Source: Trichodesmium erythraeum IMS101 (lineage in GTDB: Bacteria; Cyanobacteriota; Cyanobacteriia; Cyanobacteriales; Microcoleaceae). From it: a stretch of 32,000 bases of DNA. Shown here one piece after another: positions 19,906-28,753 of this stretch. Both the position numbers and the translations under genes were made by a program. The stretch spans positions 7,230,001 to 7,262,000 of the forward strand of contig NC_008312.1 of assembly GCF_000014265.1 (NCBI RefSeq). Reading direction: 5' to 3'. Each line of letters opens with the position of its first letter. The stretch's first letter is position 1. Under the pieces are notes generated by a model. That model was not told the origin of the DNA and did no database searches. It was given only the letters and a program-made list of their open reading frames with translations.

Positions 19906-19963
19906 AACTCTCATTTTTCCTACTTAGTTTTTAACAAAAATTAGGAGGTTAAAAACGAGAGTT
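19906..19963 (+). terminator. Long imperfect hairpin followed by a T-rich tract (possible intrinsic terminator or small RNA 3' end)
   Basis: The outer stem AACTCTC/GAGAGTT plus TTTTT/AAAAA pairing was read directly, followed by TTTCTTTATTT. It lies about 200 nt downstream of the TPR gene stop. Confidence 0.35.
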
Positions 19964-20024
19964 TTCTTTATTTATAATTGTCTTTATTCTAATTAATCTC
20001 AAAACTTTAATAATTCAGATGTAA

Positions 20025-21238
20025 CTTGCTGAAACTTACTTAGAATATGCTAAAAACTATTCTGATAAAAGAAAATGGGAAAAGGTTATATCCTATTATA
20101 AAAAATTGGCTAAACTGCAACCTAATAACTGGGAAGTTTACCAAAATTTAGGAAATGCTTTGTTTGAGATCAAAAGTTGGTAAAATGCAGTTACTTCTTA
20201 CCGTCATGCTATTTAACTTAACCCAAATTTCGATTGGTTTCATTATCAGTTAGGGGAAACATTGATTAAATTAGGACAGTGGCAATAGGCGATCACTACT
20301 TACCAACGCGCTTTAGAACTTAACCCAAATTTACCTAATATCTATCAAAAACTAGGTGATGCATTTCATCAAAAATTTACCGCATATCCGGTAGTAATGC
20401 TAAATACTTATAGACAAGAAACTCAAGAAAACCCTGACAATATTCATATTTATAATCTAGCTTGAGAAATTCAACCTAATGATGTCAAATTATGTTTTAG
20501 TTTGGCTAATACTCTAGAGAAAAAGGGAGAAATTCATCAGGGAATTAACACCGACAAAAAAGTACTTTGAATAAAACCCACTCACTCTGAAGTAGCTTTA
20601 AAATTAGAAACCCTATTAAACATACAAAAAAATATCTATCATCTTCAAGTTAACCAACTATTTCCACTATAATAATCTAAAAAATATCTAGATAAATTTA
20701 GTTAAATAGCCTTAGAAGCATGTTTAAATACAGATTAAAAAATTACTTTTACTGAAATATATAATCCAGTAGTTAGTATTATTCTGATTTTACATAATCG
20801 TGCAGAGTTAACCTGAAGCTGTTTAAATTCAATTCTGACAAATAGTTTTAGCTCCTTTGAAGTAGTTATTTTTGATAACTGTTCTACAGATAGAACTCAG
20901 CAACTACTGTCACAAATTAAAGGAGTAAATATTATCTTTAATCCTGAAAATTATCATTATATTCTAGCCTGTAATCAGGCAGCTAAGTTAGCGAAAGGTA
21001 ATTTTCTCTTATTTTTAAATAACGATGATCAGATTTTAGGAAATAGTATTACTGCGGCAGTTGAAACCATAAAATCTTCAGACAATATTGGTGCTGTCGG
21101 TGGCAGAATTATTTTCCCCAATGGCACTCTTCAGGAAGCAGGAAGTATTATCTGGCAAGATGGTTCTTGTTATTGTTATGGAAGAGGTGACTATCCAATA
21201 GTACCACAATATATGTTTAGGCGATCGGTTGATTATTG
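20025..21238 (+). pseudogene. TPR + family-2 glycosyltransferase fusion gene, decayed and 3'-truncated by an IS insertion
   Basis: One reading frame (phase identical at 20073, 20457, 20562, 20766 and 21228) gives TPR repeats (AKLQPNNWEVYQNLGNALFEIKSW*NAVTSYRHAI*LNPN...). It then gives GT2 motifs (PVVSIILILHNRAELT*SCLNSIL...VVIFDNCSTDRT...FLLFLNNDD...GAVGGRIIFPNGTLQEAG). About 10 in-frame stops. The homology ends abruptly at the IS inverted repeat (21239). Confidence 0.8.
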
Positions 21239-21370
21239 GGTAGTGCACCAGTAAAGTGTGGGATAAGTATAATAGTCGTTCCAACTCCAAGGAGCGATCG
21301 CCAACTCAGCTCCTTGTGCAGCAGTATTTTCTTTGCGACTATGAACCCAAATTCAATTGAAATAGGCGAT

Positions 21371-21484
21371 CGCTAACCTCACTGTTATCTCACCGAGTGT
21401 GCCCAGACCTTACCAAATTTATTCTATCGCTAACCTCACTGTTATCTCACCGAGTGTGCCCAGACCTTACCAAATTTATTCTGT
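21371..21484. repeat. Tandem duplication of a 57-bp unit inside the 3' part of the IS1-like transposase gene
   Basis: CGCTAACCTCACTGTTATCTCACCGAGTGTGCCCAGACCTTACCAAATTTATTCT.. occurs at 21371..21427 and again at 21428..21484, differing only in the last few bases. It creates the artefactual + ORF 21397..21660. Confidence 0.9.
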
Positions 21485-21785
21485 CGGCGGTGCCATCTAC
21501 CTATCTGCTGTCTGAGAATACCGTTAATTCGCTCCTTATGCTGCGTCTGGTATGCCCCAATGATGTGCTTGACTTCAGGAGGGAGCACTCCCTCGTACCC
21601 ACCCCAATCATCAGTATACCAATGTTTACAGTTAGTTTTCCCTTCTGTGTTGGCAATTAATTCTGCGATGAACTGGTCAGTGTGTTTGCCGACACGAGTG
21701 GCCAAAATCAATCCACTTGATGATGCTTGAGTCATCCCAATCCAATAATCACCTTCTGTCAATTCATTCATCTGACAGTGTTTTT

Positions 21786-21792
21786 GTTTTTT
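21786..21792 (-). promoter_or_regulatory. A AAA AAC slippery heptamer at the insA/insB frame junction (IS1-type -1 programmed frameshift site)
   Basis: On the minus strand the frame encoding DQFWSFVQKN reads CAA AAA AAC and stops 5 codons later. The -1 frame reads AAA AAA CAA AAA CAC = KKQKH and continues into the DDE domain (ORF 21442..21807). The same heptamer is used by E. coli IS1. Confidence 0.5.
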
Positions 21793-22334
21793 TGGACGAA
21801 TGACCAAAATTGGTCACTACTGATTTGTGAGGTTTCTATGTTTTGTACATGGGCATTATGAATTATTTGCCCTTTTTGAGAGGCTGCTCTACTCCAAACT
21901 AACTACTGTATTATAAGCCTTGTTAAATGTGGGACTAATTCCTCTCAAGGTAGCTGCCCTCAACATGAGCTTGTAGCAACCTAGGGCATTTTTTCTGGTT
22001 CAATTTGCCGACGATACTATAGAGTGTCAAAAGTAGAGCTTGAAAGTTTGTCCACATTCGGGACAATAGTATGGTTGAGTTCCTTTACTGGTTTTTCCGT
22101 GCTTATGGGGTTTATGATGACCACACAGAGGAAATTCCATAATTATTTCCACAATAATGGGACTATATTCATCAAATCATTCCCACACTTTCTTGATGGA
22201 CTACCAACACATCAACAAAAAACTAAAATTATAAAGATAGGGTATTCCCTACGGAACCCTACGGGAACGACAGTCAAGAAAAAAGATTAATTAACGGAGT
22301 AGTCGGGAAAAAAAAGGTTAAAAGTCAAATAAAA

Positions 22335-22490
22335 ATCATCTTAACTTTATTTTATTCACCTCATATGCTCACATTTGCTCATACTAGGAATATCTTTTGG
22401 TATCAGTGAGTCAACAGCAAATAATATCTTTCATTATTGGATAGATATATTACAATATTTATTACCTTGTAGTTTATTCAAACAATACCG
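22335..22490 (+). pseudogene. N-terminal fragment of an IS5/Harbinger-type (DDE_Tnp_4) transposase
   Basis: Translates (with one frameshift) to LTLFY..H.LTF / LLILGISFGISESTANNIFHYWIDILQYLLPCSLFKQ. This resembles the HTH region found at the N-terminus of these cyanobacterial transposases. No DDE domain follows. Confidence 0.45.
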
Positions 22491-22982
22491 AGAAAAAAAA
22501 TGTGTGAAATCTATTGAATATTTAAATTATTTTTTCTTCTGATTAAGGTATTTTGATACTGTACATCATTGATTTTTCAATTCCTATATTGCTATTGATA
22601 AATTAGAAAACAAACTGACTAATCTAAATTTAGTATTTGTTGAAAGTAGCAGTTATCTCCTAGCAGTAACTTTTAGCCCTGAGTTAGTATATTTAACCAT
22701 TGATATTATTGATGTAGCTGCTTGGTATAAAATACCTATAAAAGGAGAATTTAGAGATTACTAAATCTTGCCTACTTGTGATTAACAGGATTAACTTAGA
22801 TTCTTATATAGGAGCTAACCTTGATATTATGGAAAAAGATGCTAGAAAAACTCTCGGCGATCGCCCTTTTGTTTTTATATTTCTTGAGTACAAAAGTCGG
22901 TTTATATCCAAGGTTATATTGTATCCAAAAGTATCTAATTTCAGATAAACTTTATTTTCTTAATCATACAAATCTAAAACCA

Positions 22983-23396
22983 ATGAATAATATTTGGCAA
23001 CATTTGAAAAAATTACCTTGGCCAGAACTATTTTTAGTTAGTTTTATTGCTACTTTAACAGTCTTAGCTTCAGAAGTATTATTAATTCTCAGCTATACTT
23101 ATTTTTTGGTGATTATTAAACCATTAAATATGTTACTTTTATCTCCTATTTTTGGACTATTAATACCAATAGTAGTAGGAGTGGGAATGGGAGCATTAGC
23201 AGTTTATTTATTGGAATGGTGGCAGAAAAAATGGTTACTAAACAATTCTAGTCTTTGGGCCCTAGTTTTATGTTTATTTATCGGTTTATTATTAAAATCT
23301 TTATTTCCTTTGCCTAGTATATTAGTAGCTGCGTCTAAAGCTTCATTAATAAGTTTAGCTATAGGGGTTTTTTGGAAAGGACGACCTTATTGGTAA
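22983..23396 (+). CDS. Small integral membrane protein (about 4 TM helices), unknown function
   Basis: ORF 22821..23396 begins with TTG. The ATG at 22983 (MNNIWQHLKKLPWPELFLVSF...) is a more plausible start. Hydrophobic throughout. Confidence 0.5.
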   Translation: MNNIWQHLKKLPWPELFLVSFIATLTVLASEVLLILSYTYFLVIIKPLNMLLLSPIFGLLIPIVVGVGMGALAVYLLEWWQKKWLLNNSSLWALVLCLFIGLLLKSLFPLPSILVAASKASLISLAIGVFWKGRPYW

Positions 23397-23717
23397 GGTT
23401 GAAATATTCCTAGCCGTTAACCCTCAAGGATGATGAATTTTGACACAAAAAAATCAACCATGATTAAGTGAGGGAGACAATATTATCAACTATCAGAATT
23501 AAAAGTAAATGTCGGTGAAGCCCAACTATTATTGAATCAAAAAATCATCTGTAATAGAGAGCATATAATTTACTCGTATATAAAAAGCAGAAATATTGTC
23601 AAAAATATTCAGAAAAATTTTTGTGGCATAAATCAATAATAAGTTAAACATCGCGTAAAAATCATATTTTTGATCTCCAAAGTCCTAGGATAGCTATATT
23701 AAATTCGCACAAGTAAT

Positions 23718-25013
23718 TTAATCCACTTTACTAATAGTAGATAATCCTTCTACAATTACATGAGGAGTGTAACAAGATCCATTCCATTCCCCATCATTTC
23801 CTAACTCTACTAATTGCTTTAATGCTGTATAAACATTACCCGTAATCATAGTATTTTTTACTCTACCAACTATTTCACCTTTTCTAACACGATACCCAAG
23901 TTCAACACTAATAGAAAATTCACCAGAAATACCGGCACCACTACCTAGAATTTGATCCACTATAATTCCATCATCTAACATCCCTATTAGTTCATGTAGC
24001 GATCGCTTCCCTGGCTTAACTATAAAATTAAATAATTCTGGTGTAGGATATCTACCTAAGTCCGGGCGAAACCCATTACCAGTAGTCCCACTACCTAATA
24101 ATCTCCCAGTAGTTGTGTCTGTATAAAACAGTTGTAAAACACCCTTTTGAATAAATTCTATAGAGCGGGTTGGAGTACCTTCATCATCAAAAGGACAACT
24201 AAATGGTCCTTTGTCTGGTTGTTGAGAAATAGTAATTTGCTGATTAGTGACAAGTTTCCCAAGGTGTTTGCTCCAAGGAGAAGCACCTTCTAGTACCTGT
24301 TTGCCATTCAAAGCTCCAGATATAGTATTCCATAATAAATCTGCGGCTTTAGCTGTAAATAAAATAGGTAACCTACCACTAGGGGACGTTACATTCTTAT
24401 GTGCCCAATTTAATCGTTGTAAGATTCGGTTAGCGACCTTCTTAGGATCGAGGCTATTTCTTTGGATTTGACCATCAGATATATTTAATAAATCATCACC
24501 CCTTACCCAATTAGCCTCTACATAACCACTTAAAGTTGTATCTATATGATTACAATCTAGTCCTAATGAGTTAATCAAACGGGTAGATTCAATTTCATAA
24601 TCCCATTCTCCATTACAAATCACATCTGGATAAAATTCTCGAATTAATGCAATTGCCTCTTTCCCCCACTTGATCAGTTGTTCTATGGGTACATATATAC
24701 CTTGGCTAGGATAATGACGATTTTTGGCTTTTGAGACTAATTCAATATATTCTGGTTCATTCAAATTACTTATAGACATAGCTCGTTCTACTAAAGCTGT
24801 TGTTTCCACGGGTCCATAAGCTACAGCTAGTCCTGGACGTCCATTTCGCCAAAGTCTCAGTGCTATTCCTTCTGACTGGATACTTTCTAGTTGCTTGAGT
24901 CTATTACTCTCAAAAAATATGGGCCGGGAGTATAATCGCGCTTGAAATACTTCTGCTGCCTCAGCCCCTCCTTTAGCCGCTAGTTCTAGCAGTTGTTCTG
25001 CTAATTCGGTCAT
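23718..25013 (-). CDS. TldD/PmbA-family metallopeptidase
   Basis: ORF 23718..25079 (TTG start); the likely ATG start is at 25013 (MTELAEQLLELAAKGGAEAAEVF). The C-terminal GxxGNGF / ...SGEFS... blocks are typical of PmbA/TldD. Confidence 0.85.
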   Translation of the reverse strand: MTELAEQLLELAAKGGAEAAEVFQARLYSRPIFFESNRLKQLESIQSEGIALRLWRNGRPGLAVAYGPVETTALVERAMSISNLNEPEYIELVSKAKNRHYPSQGIYVPIEQLIKWGKEAIALIREFYPDVICNGEWDYEIESTRLINSLGLDCNHIDTTLSGYVEANWVRGDDLLNISDGQIQRNSLDPKKVANRILQRLNWAHKNVTSPSGRLPILFTAKAADLLWNTISGALNGKQVLEGASPWSKHLGKLVTNQQITISQQPDKGPFSCPFDDEGTPTRSIEFIQKGVLQLFYTDTTTGRLLGSGTTGNGFRPDLGRYPTPELFNFIVKPGKRSLHELIGMLDDGIIVDQILGSGAGISGEFSISVELGYRVRKGEIVGRVKNTMITGNVYTALKQLVELGNDGEWNGSCYTPHVIVEGLSTISKVD

Positions 25014-25093
25014 AACATTCTGTTTGGAATTTTTGATTTTAAAAAATCGAATTACTAGTAGGATTGTATCAGTGTCCAATACCCAAAGCTTAA

Positions 25094-25954
25094 CTAAACA
25101 TTAATTTCTTGTAATAACCAAAAACCAGCAAATGATTCTGATTCTGGATTTGACTGTACTGCCAGAAAATGAACTTCTTTGGCCTTTGACTTGGCTTCGG
25201 AAAATCTTTTAGCTTCGGCAATAGTAGATGGATTACTCAGATTAGCTAAAATCCAACAATCATTACCTCCAGTATTTAATAGTAACCTAGCTGGAGAGGC
25301 AGGTGAAAATTTGATAAAAGCTAACTCTAATCCTGACATCCAAGCTGCTAAAGCTTGTGCCCTAGATGAATAGATTATTAAACCAGGAATAGCAGATAAT
25401 GGTGCTAGATTCATCATACTGAGGGGAAAAGCTTCCCCAAAATCAATATCCCACTCTGACATTTCCGTAAAGGCCCCTGCTTCTAAACTAACAAATGTCC
25501 ACCTCTCTCCAATTAATGCATCTGGTAAAGGTTGTGGTGCAGAATTCATATATTGACCTGAAGGATTTGTTCCTGGTTGATAACCGGGGTAAGTTGGATA
25601 AACTTCTTCCATTCTTTGTTCTAGCCACTGATTAAGTAAATAAGTGCGACGACTTAAGGCTATCGGTATGGCCAGTTCTCCACAAGCTTTGGTAATCATG
25701 TTATTCATTTGGCGACGGAAGAACCGTATTCTTTCAGGGGGTTCGGGAGCTTGAGCGATCGCTTTTTCAATAGCACTCCGTAGCCAAATGGAGTTGACTT
25801 CTTGGCTATTTGTAAACTCTGAATAACGATATAAAGAGTCTGTAGTGTCATTAATACCTATGGGACTTTGGCAAATTAATAGTTCCCAAAGTTTTTTTTG
25901 TCTCTCATCAAGTATTGGACGACTGTAAAAGTCTAGTTCCCAAATAGTTGTCAT
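25094..25954 (-). CDS. Tab2/ATAB2-family RNA-binding protein (DUF1092)
   Basis: The N-terminal WELDFYSRPILDERQKKLWELLIC and overall length match the cyanobacterial Tab2 homologues. It lies 14 nt upstream of the PmbA-like ORF, so they are probably co-transcribed. Confidence 0.8.
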   Translation of the reverse strand: MTTIWELDFYSRPILDERQKKLWELLICQSPIGINDTTDSLYRYSEFTNSQEVNSIWLRSAIEKAIAQAPEPPERIRFFRRQMNNMITKACGELAIPIALSRRTYLLNQWLEQRMEEVYPTYPGYQPGTNPSGQYMNSAPQPLPDALIGERWTFVSLEAGAFTEMSEWDIDFGEAFPLSMMNLAPLSAIPGLIIYSSRAQALAAWMSGLELAFIKFSPASPARLLLNTGGNDCWILANLSNPSTIAEAKRFSEAKSKAKEVHFLAVQSNPESESFAGFWLLQEINV

Positions 25955-26849
25955 GCCTTAATCTTAGAATATATTATGCTAAATCTAGTTAGTTATTATT
26001 CTCAAACTACCAGAGTTTGTGAAGAGTTTGGAGGGAGAAGATATTTTTACAATGAATTGAAAAAAGAAGTAAGTGAGTAGAGGAGTTTATATCATATTTC
26101 TTTAAATACCCACTTTGGGAAAATTTTAGGGAATTGGGAATTGGGAGCAATTGATGTGAGAAATGTATTTTTATTATGGCTAATTAATGAGACTTAATAT
26201 TACAAAAGTATGTTTTTTACTTTTCTTCTAAAATTTTATCAAAAAATCTTGAATATATTAATTTTTGCATTAATTTCCACACATCTATTATCTTAAAAAT
26301 CAGGCTTTTTTTTGATATTTTATACTAAATAAAAATGATTCCTCTCCCCTTTGTTCAAAACTTATCTCTGTAAGGAGTGGGATAGGGGTCAAGAAGTAAA
26401 CATAAGAATAATTAATATATTACTAGCTCGTAATTATCAAGAAAATTATTTGTACCGTCTTAATTACTTATAATACTTTTGAGGATGGTTAGGTGTAGTT
26501 TAATACTTATCTTTATTCTCTATTCCCTAAATTCTTAAAACCTTTGTACCTGATTAACTCTGCTCTAAACTAATGAAGTAAGTTAGTGTTGAAATTAGTG
26601 TTGAAATTGGTTACTATGTAACAAAATATAAATTTATCTCAAATCAAATCTGTAGAAGAGAATATCTTAAACTCAGTCTACAAATCTTAATAGCTAATTT
26701 TTTTCATGGCTATTTACTTAACTCCAGAACTACTATAAGAATTAAAGCATCATATCAGTATACATTTTTTTGGGGAATTACTATTAGTTTAGTATTTAAG
26801 TAATTTTTCTAGGCTAGATATAATTGTTGATTACAAATAAAATATTCAA

Positions 26850-27710
26850 AGTCAAGTAATGCGACTATAGAAGCTTTTAATTTTAATATTTACGATGATA
26901 CTATAAAATCTCAAATATCTAAATAAGTAATTAATATAAGCACTTAAAAAAAATTGTTTACCTACCTAATTTCATGTGAGATATGTAGTATAAGAGACTC
27001 CCTTTGATAAAATGTGTAATTAATTGTGTCTACCTACTCAGATATTAGATGTAAATTTCAGATTTATTCAACAAGACCCATATCCCAACTATGAAAGATA
27101 AATTAACTCAAACAAATGTCGCAAAAGTTCTAAGGATAGCTTTTCAGAGGGTTCATACTCTCAGAAAAATTTTTTTACCTTAACAAAAAGGCTTGACTAA
27201 CATAACAATAATATTTTCAGACATATATTAATCAGAGAGGAAAAAAGAGTAGCACTCAGTATTCAAAATAGAGTTATATATAGAAATTTATTGAAGGGGT
27301 GACAAGCTAGTTGAAAGTTATATGTAGAGAATGATTTGCCTGTTGAAAGCAAGGAACACTTAAACAGAAAGGGAACGCTTATTGAGAATATATGTGAGTG
27401 TAGTGCGGTTGGACAGCGTTGCATTACCAGCATCATATCACACCTACTGCTTGTATTAAATAAATTTTCAAGTATAATCGCCAACAATATTAGAAAAAAA
27501 GTTACTTTTATTAATTTTAATTAATCCTAAAAAGTCAACAATTGTACAGCTTTTTAATCTTTGACATAGCTTTAATTCTTGTTCAATATTTTGTATATAT
27601 TTTCCCTTACTTTCAGATTTGATTGGTAGCTGAAAGTAATTAGTTAACTTTGAAATTTGTATAGTTTTAGATCGGGAAATTAAATATAATAATAATTGTA
27701 ATCTTATCAA
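26850..27710 (-). pseudogene. Heavily decayed IS4-family transposase relic
   Basis: Minus-strand fragments RLQLLLYLISRSKTIQISKLTNYFQLPIKSESKGKYIQ, DMMLVMQR...ISVPFLFKCSLLSTGKS and VGIWVLLNKS (27061..27100) resemble a cyanobacterial IS4-like transposase family (..LPILFESRRKKIQRFL.., ..IDRTRW..IPVYFELLPKLGNS.., ..GIWLELN..). The blocks sit in the correct order. Numerous stops and frameshifts; the lower boundary is uncertain. Confidence 0.4.
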
Positions 27711-28390
27711 AAGCTCGACTAAACCAAAAAGTGCTTGAGGAGATAATCAAAGAGATTGACTTCAAGATCAATGATGAAATTTAAGCTAAGAAATGAGAAC
27801 AAAATAAAGCCATAAAAATTAATTAAGCTCAAGAAATTTCCCAGGCAAAAACTACAAATTTCCGGTATTATTTAATTTACGTTCCTAACCTAAAAATAAA
27901 ATAGGAAGAAGAAAAACTCTGTGATATTAGTCTGGCTGTGAAAAATATAAATATTTAGTTGAATATAATCAAAATCATTTTAGCAATAGTCAATTATATG
28001 ATTGGTATGTTAACAATATTAGAAATATTTACCGTTCCTCCTAATTGACTGAAATAGGGAAAATGGTGCATTAATGGTGCATTATAATAGTAAGTCATAG
28101 ACCTCTCTAAAAGAAAAATCAAGGTAAAATTATAGTTGCTAATCATAAAGCGAAGTGATAATCTTTAGAGATTTTAATCATTAGAAGAGTTCGGGGTATT
28201 GAAGGTATCTCTGAAGATAGAACCAAAAGATAATCTAGAAAAAATTACTCCTTAAATAGTTTAAGTTAGATGCATAGTATACTATAATTATTTATTTGAT
28301 GACAAAAAATTATAACTAATATATACTTTTAATGACTATTAATGATTAACTAGTATAAATTTGTAGTAAAAGTTACAAAACTTAGTATAA

Positions 28391-28426
28391 GCGATCGCTC
28401 CTCAACTGATGAAGATAAGCGATCGC
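28391..28426. repeat. Direct repeat ATAAGCGATCGCT x2 (two HIP1 octamers 28 bp apart)
   Basis: GCGATCGC at 28391..28398 and 28419..28426, both preceded by ATAA and followed by T. It lies 60-100 nt beyond the 3' end of intron 1. Confidence 0.9.
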
Positions 28427-28538
28427 TAATTTTAAAATTCCTAATTAAATAGGAAGTAATGGGTAAAGTTAATCTACCCTTTCTAATTGCCAGAGAAGTT
28501 AAACTAAGCAATTCTATCACCAGAACTGCTCGTCTTCA

Positions 28539-28572
28539 GAACCGGACGTGAGACTTTCACCTCATCCGGCTC
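28539..28572 (-). ncRNA. Group II intron domain V (catalytic hairpin) of intron 1
   Basis: The minus strand reads GAGCCGGAUGAGGUGAAAGUCUCACGUCCGGUUC. It has the same 34-nt layout as classical domain V (AGC triad, 2-nt bulge, GAAA tetraloop). Confidence 0.9.
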
Positions 28573-28753
28573 CTCAGTGATTAGGCCCTGATTAAAAGAG
28601 TACCTCCACTGTCATAATAAACAGTTTTTACATCGTAGTAATGTCCATAAATTGCAGTTAGCACTTTGTCTTTTTATAGCAGTCATCAGGGAACTTAGGA
28701 AATTCTCACACTCTCAAATTTATTCACAGTAAGAATTTTATTTCTGACTTCTG

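Larger units (their letters stand above)
21239..22205 (-). mobile_element. Decayed IS1-family insertion sequence (about 967 bp) with 25-bp imperfect terminal inverted repeats
   Basis: GGTAGTGCACCAGTAAAGTGTGGGA (21239..21263) versus the reverse complement of TCCCACACTTTCTTGATGGACTACC (22181..22205) matches at 21/25. The minus strand encodes an InsA-like zinc finger/HTH (ATG at 22140: MEFPLCGHH...YYCPECGQTF; LRGISPTFNKAYNTVVS). It also encodes an InsB-like DDE part (DQFWSFVQKK; WYTDDWGGYEGVLP; TQHKERINGILRQQIGRWHRRQNKF; AYFN*IWVHS...PWSWNDYYTYPT). Several frameshifts and stops. Confidence 0.8.

Noticed and set aside
21397-21660. Plus-strand ORF 21397..21660 (87 aa) with an internally repeated peptide
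   Set aside because: It is an artefact of the 57-bp tandem duplication and lies antisense to the IS1-like transposase reading frame.
22024-22290. Plus-strand ORF 22024..22290 (88 aa)
   Set aside because: It is antisense to the InsA-like zinc-finger region of the IS1-like element and spans its inverted repeat. No motif supports it.
27263-27710. ORFs 27263..27487, 27468..27710 (minus) and 27336..27524 (plus) as real genes
   Set aside because: The minus-strand ones are consecutive fragments of a shattered IS4-like transposase. The plus-strand one is their antisense shadow.
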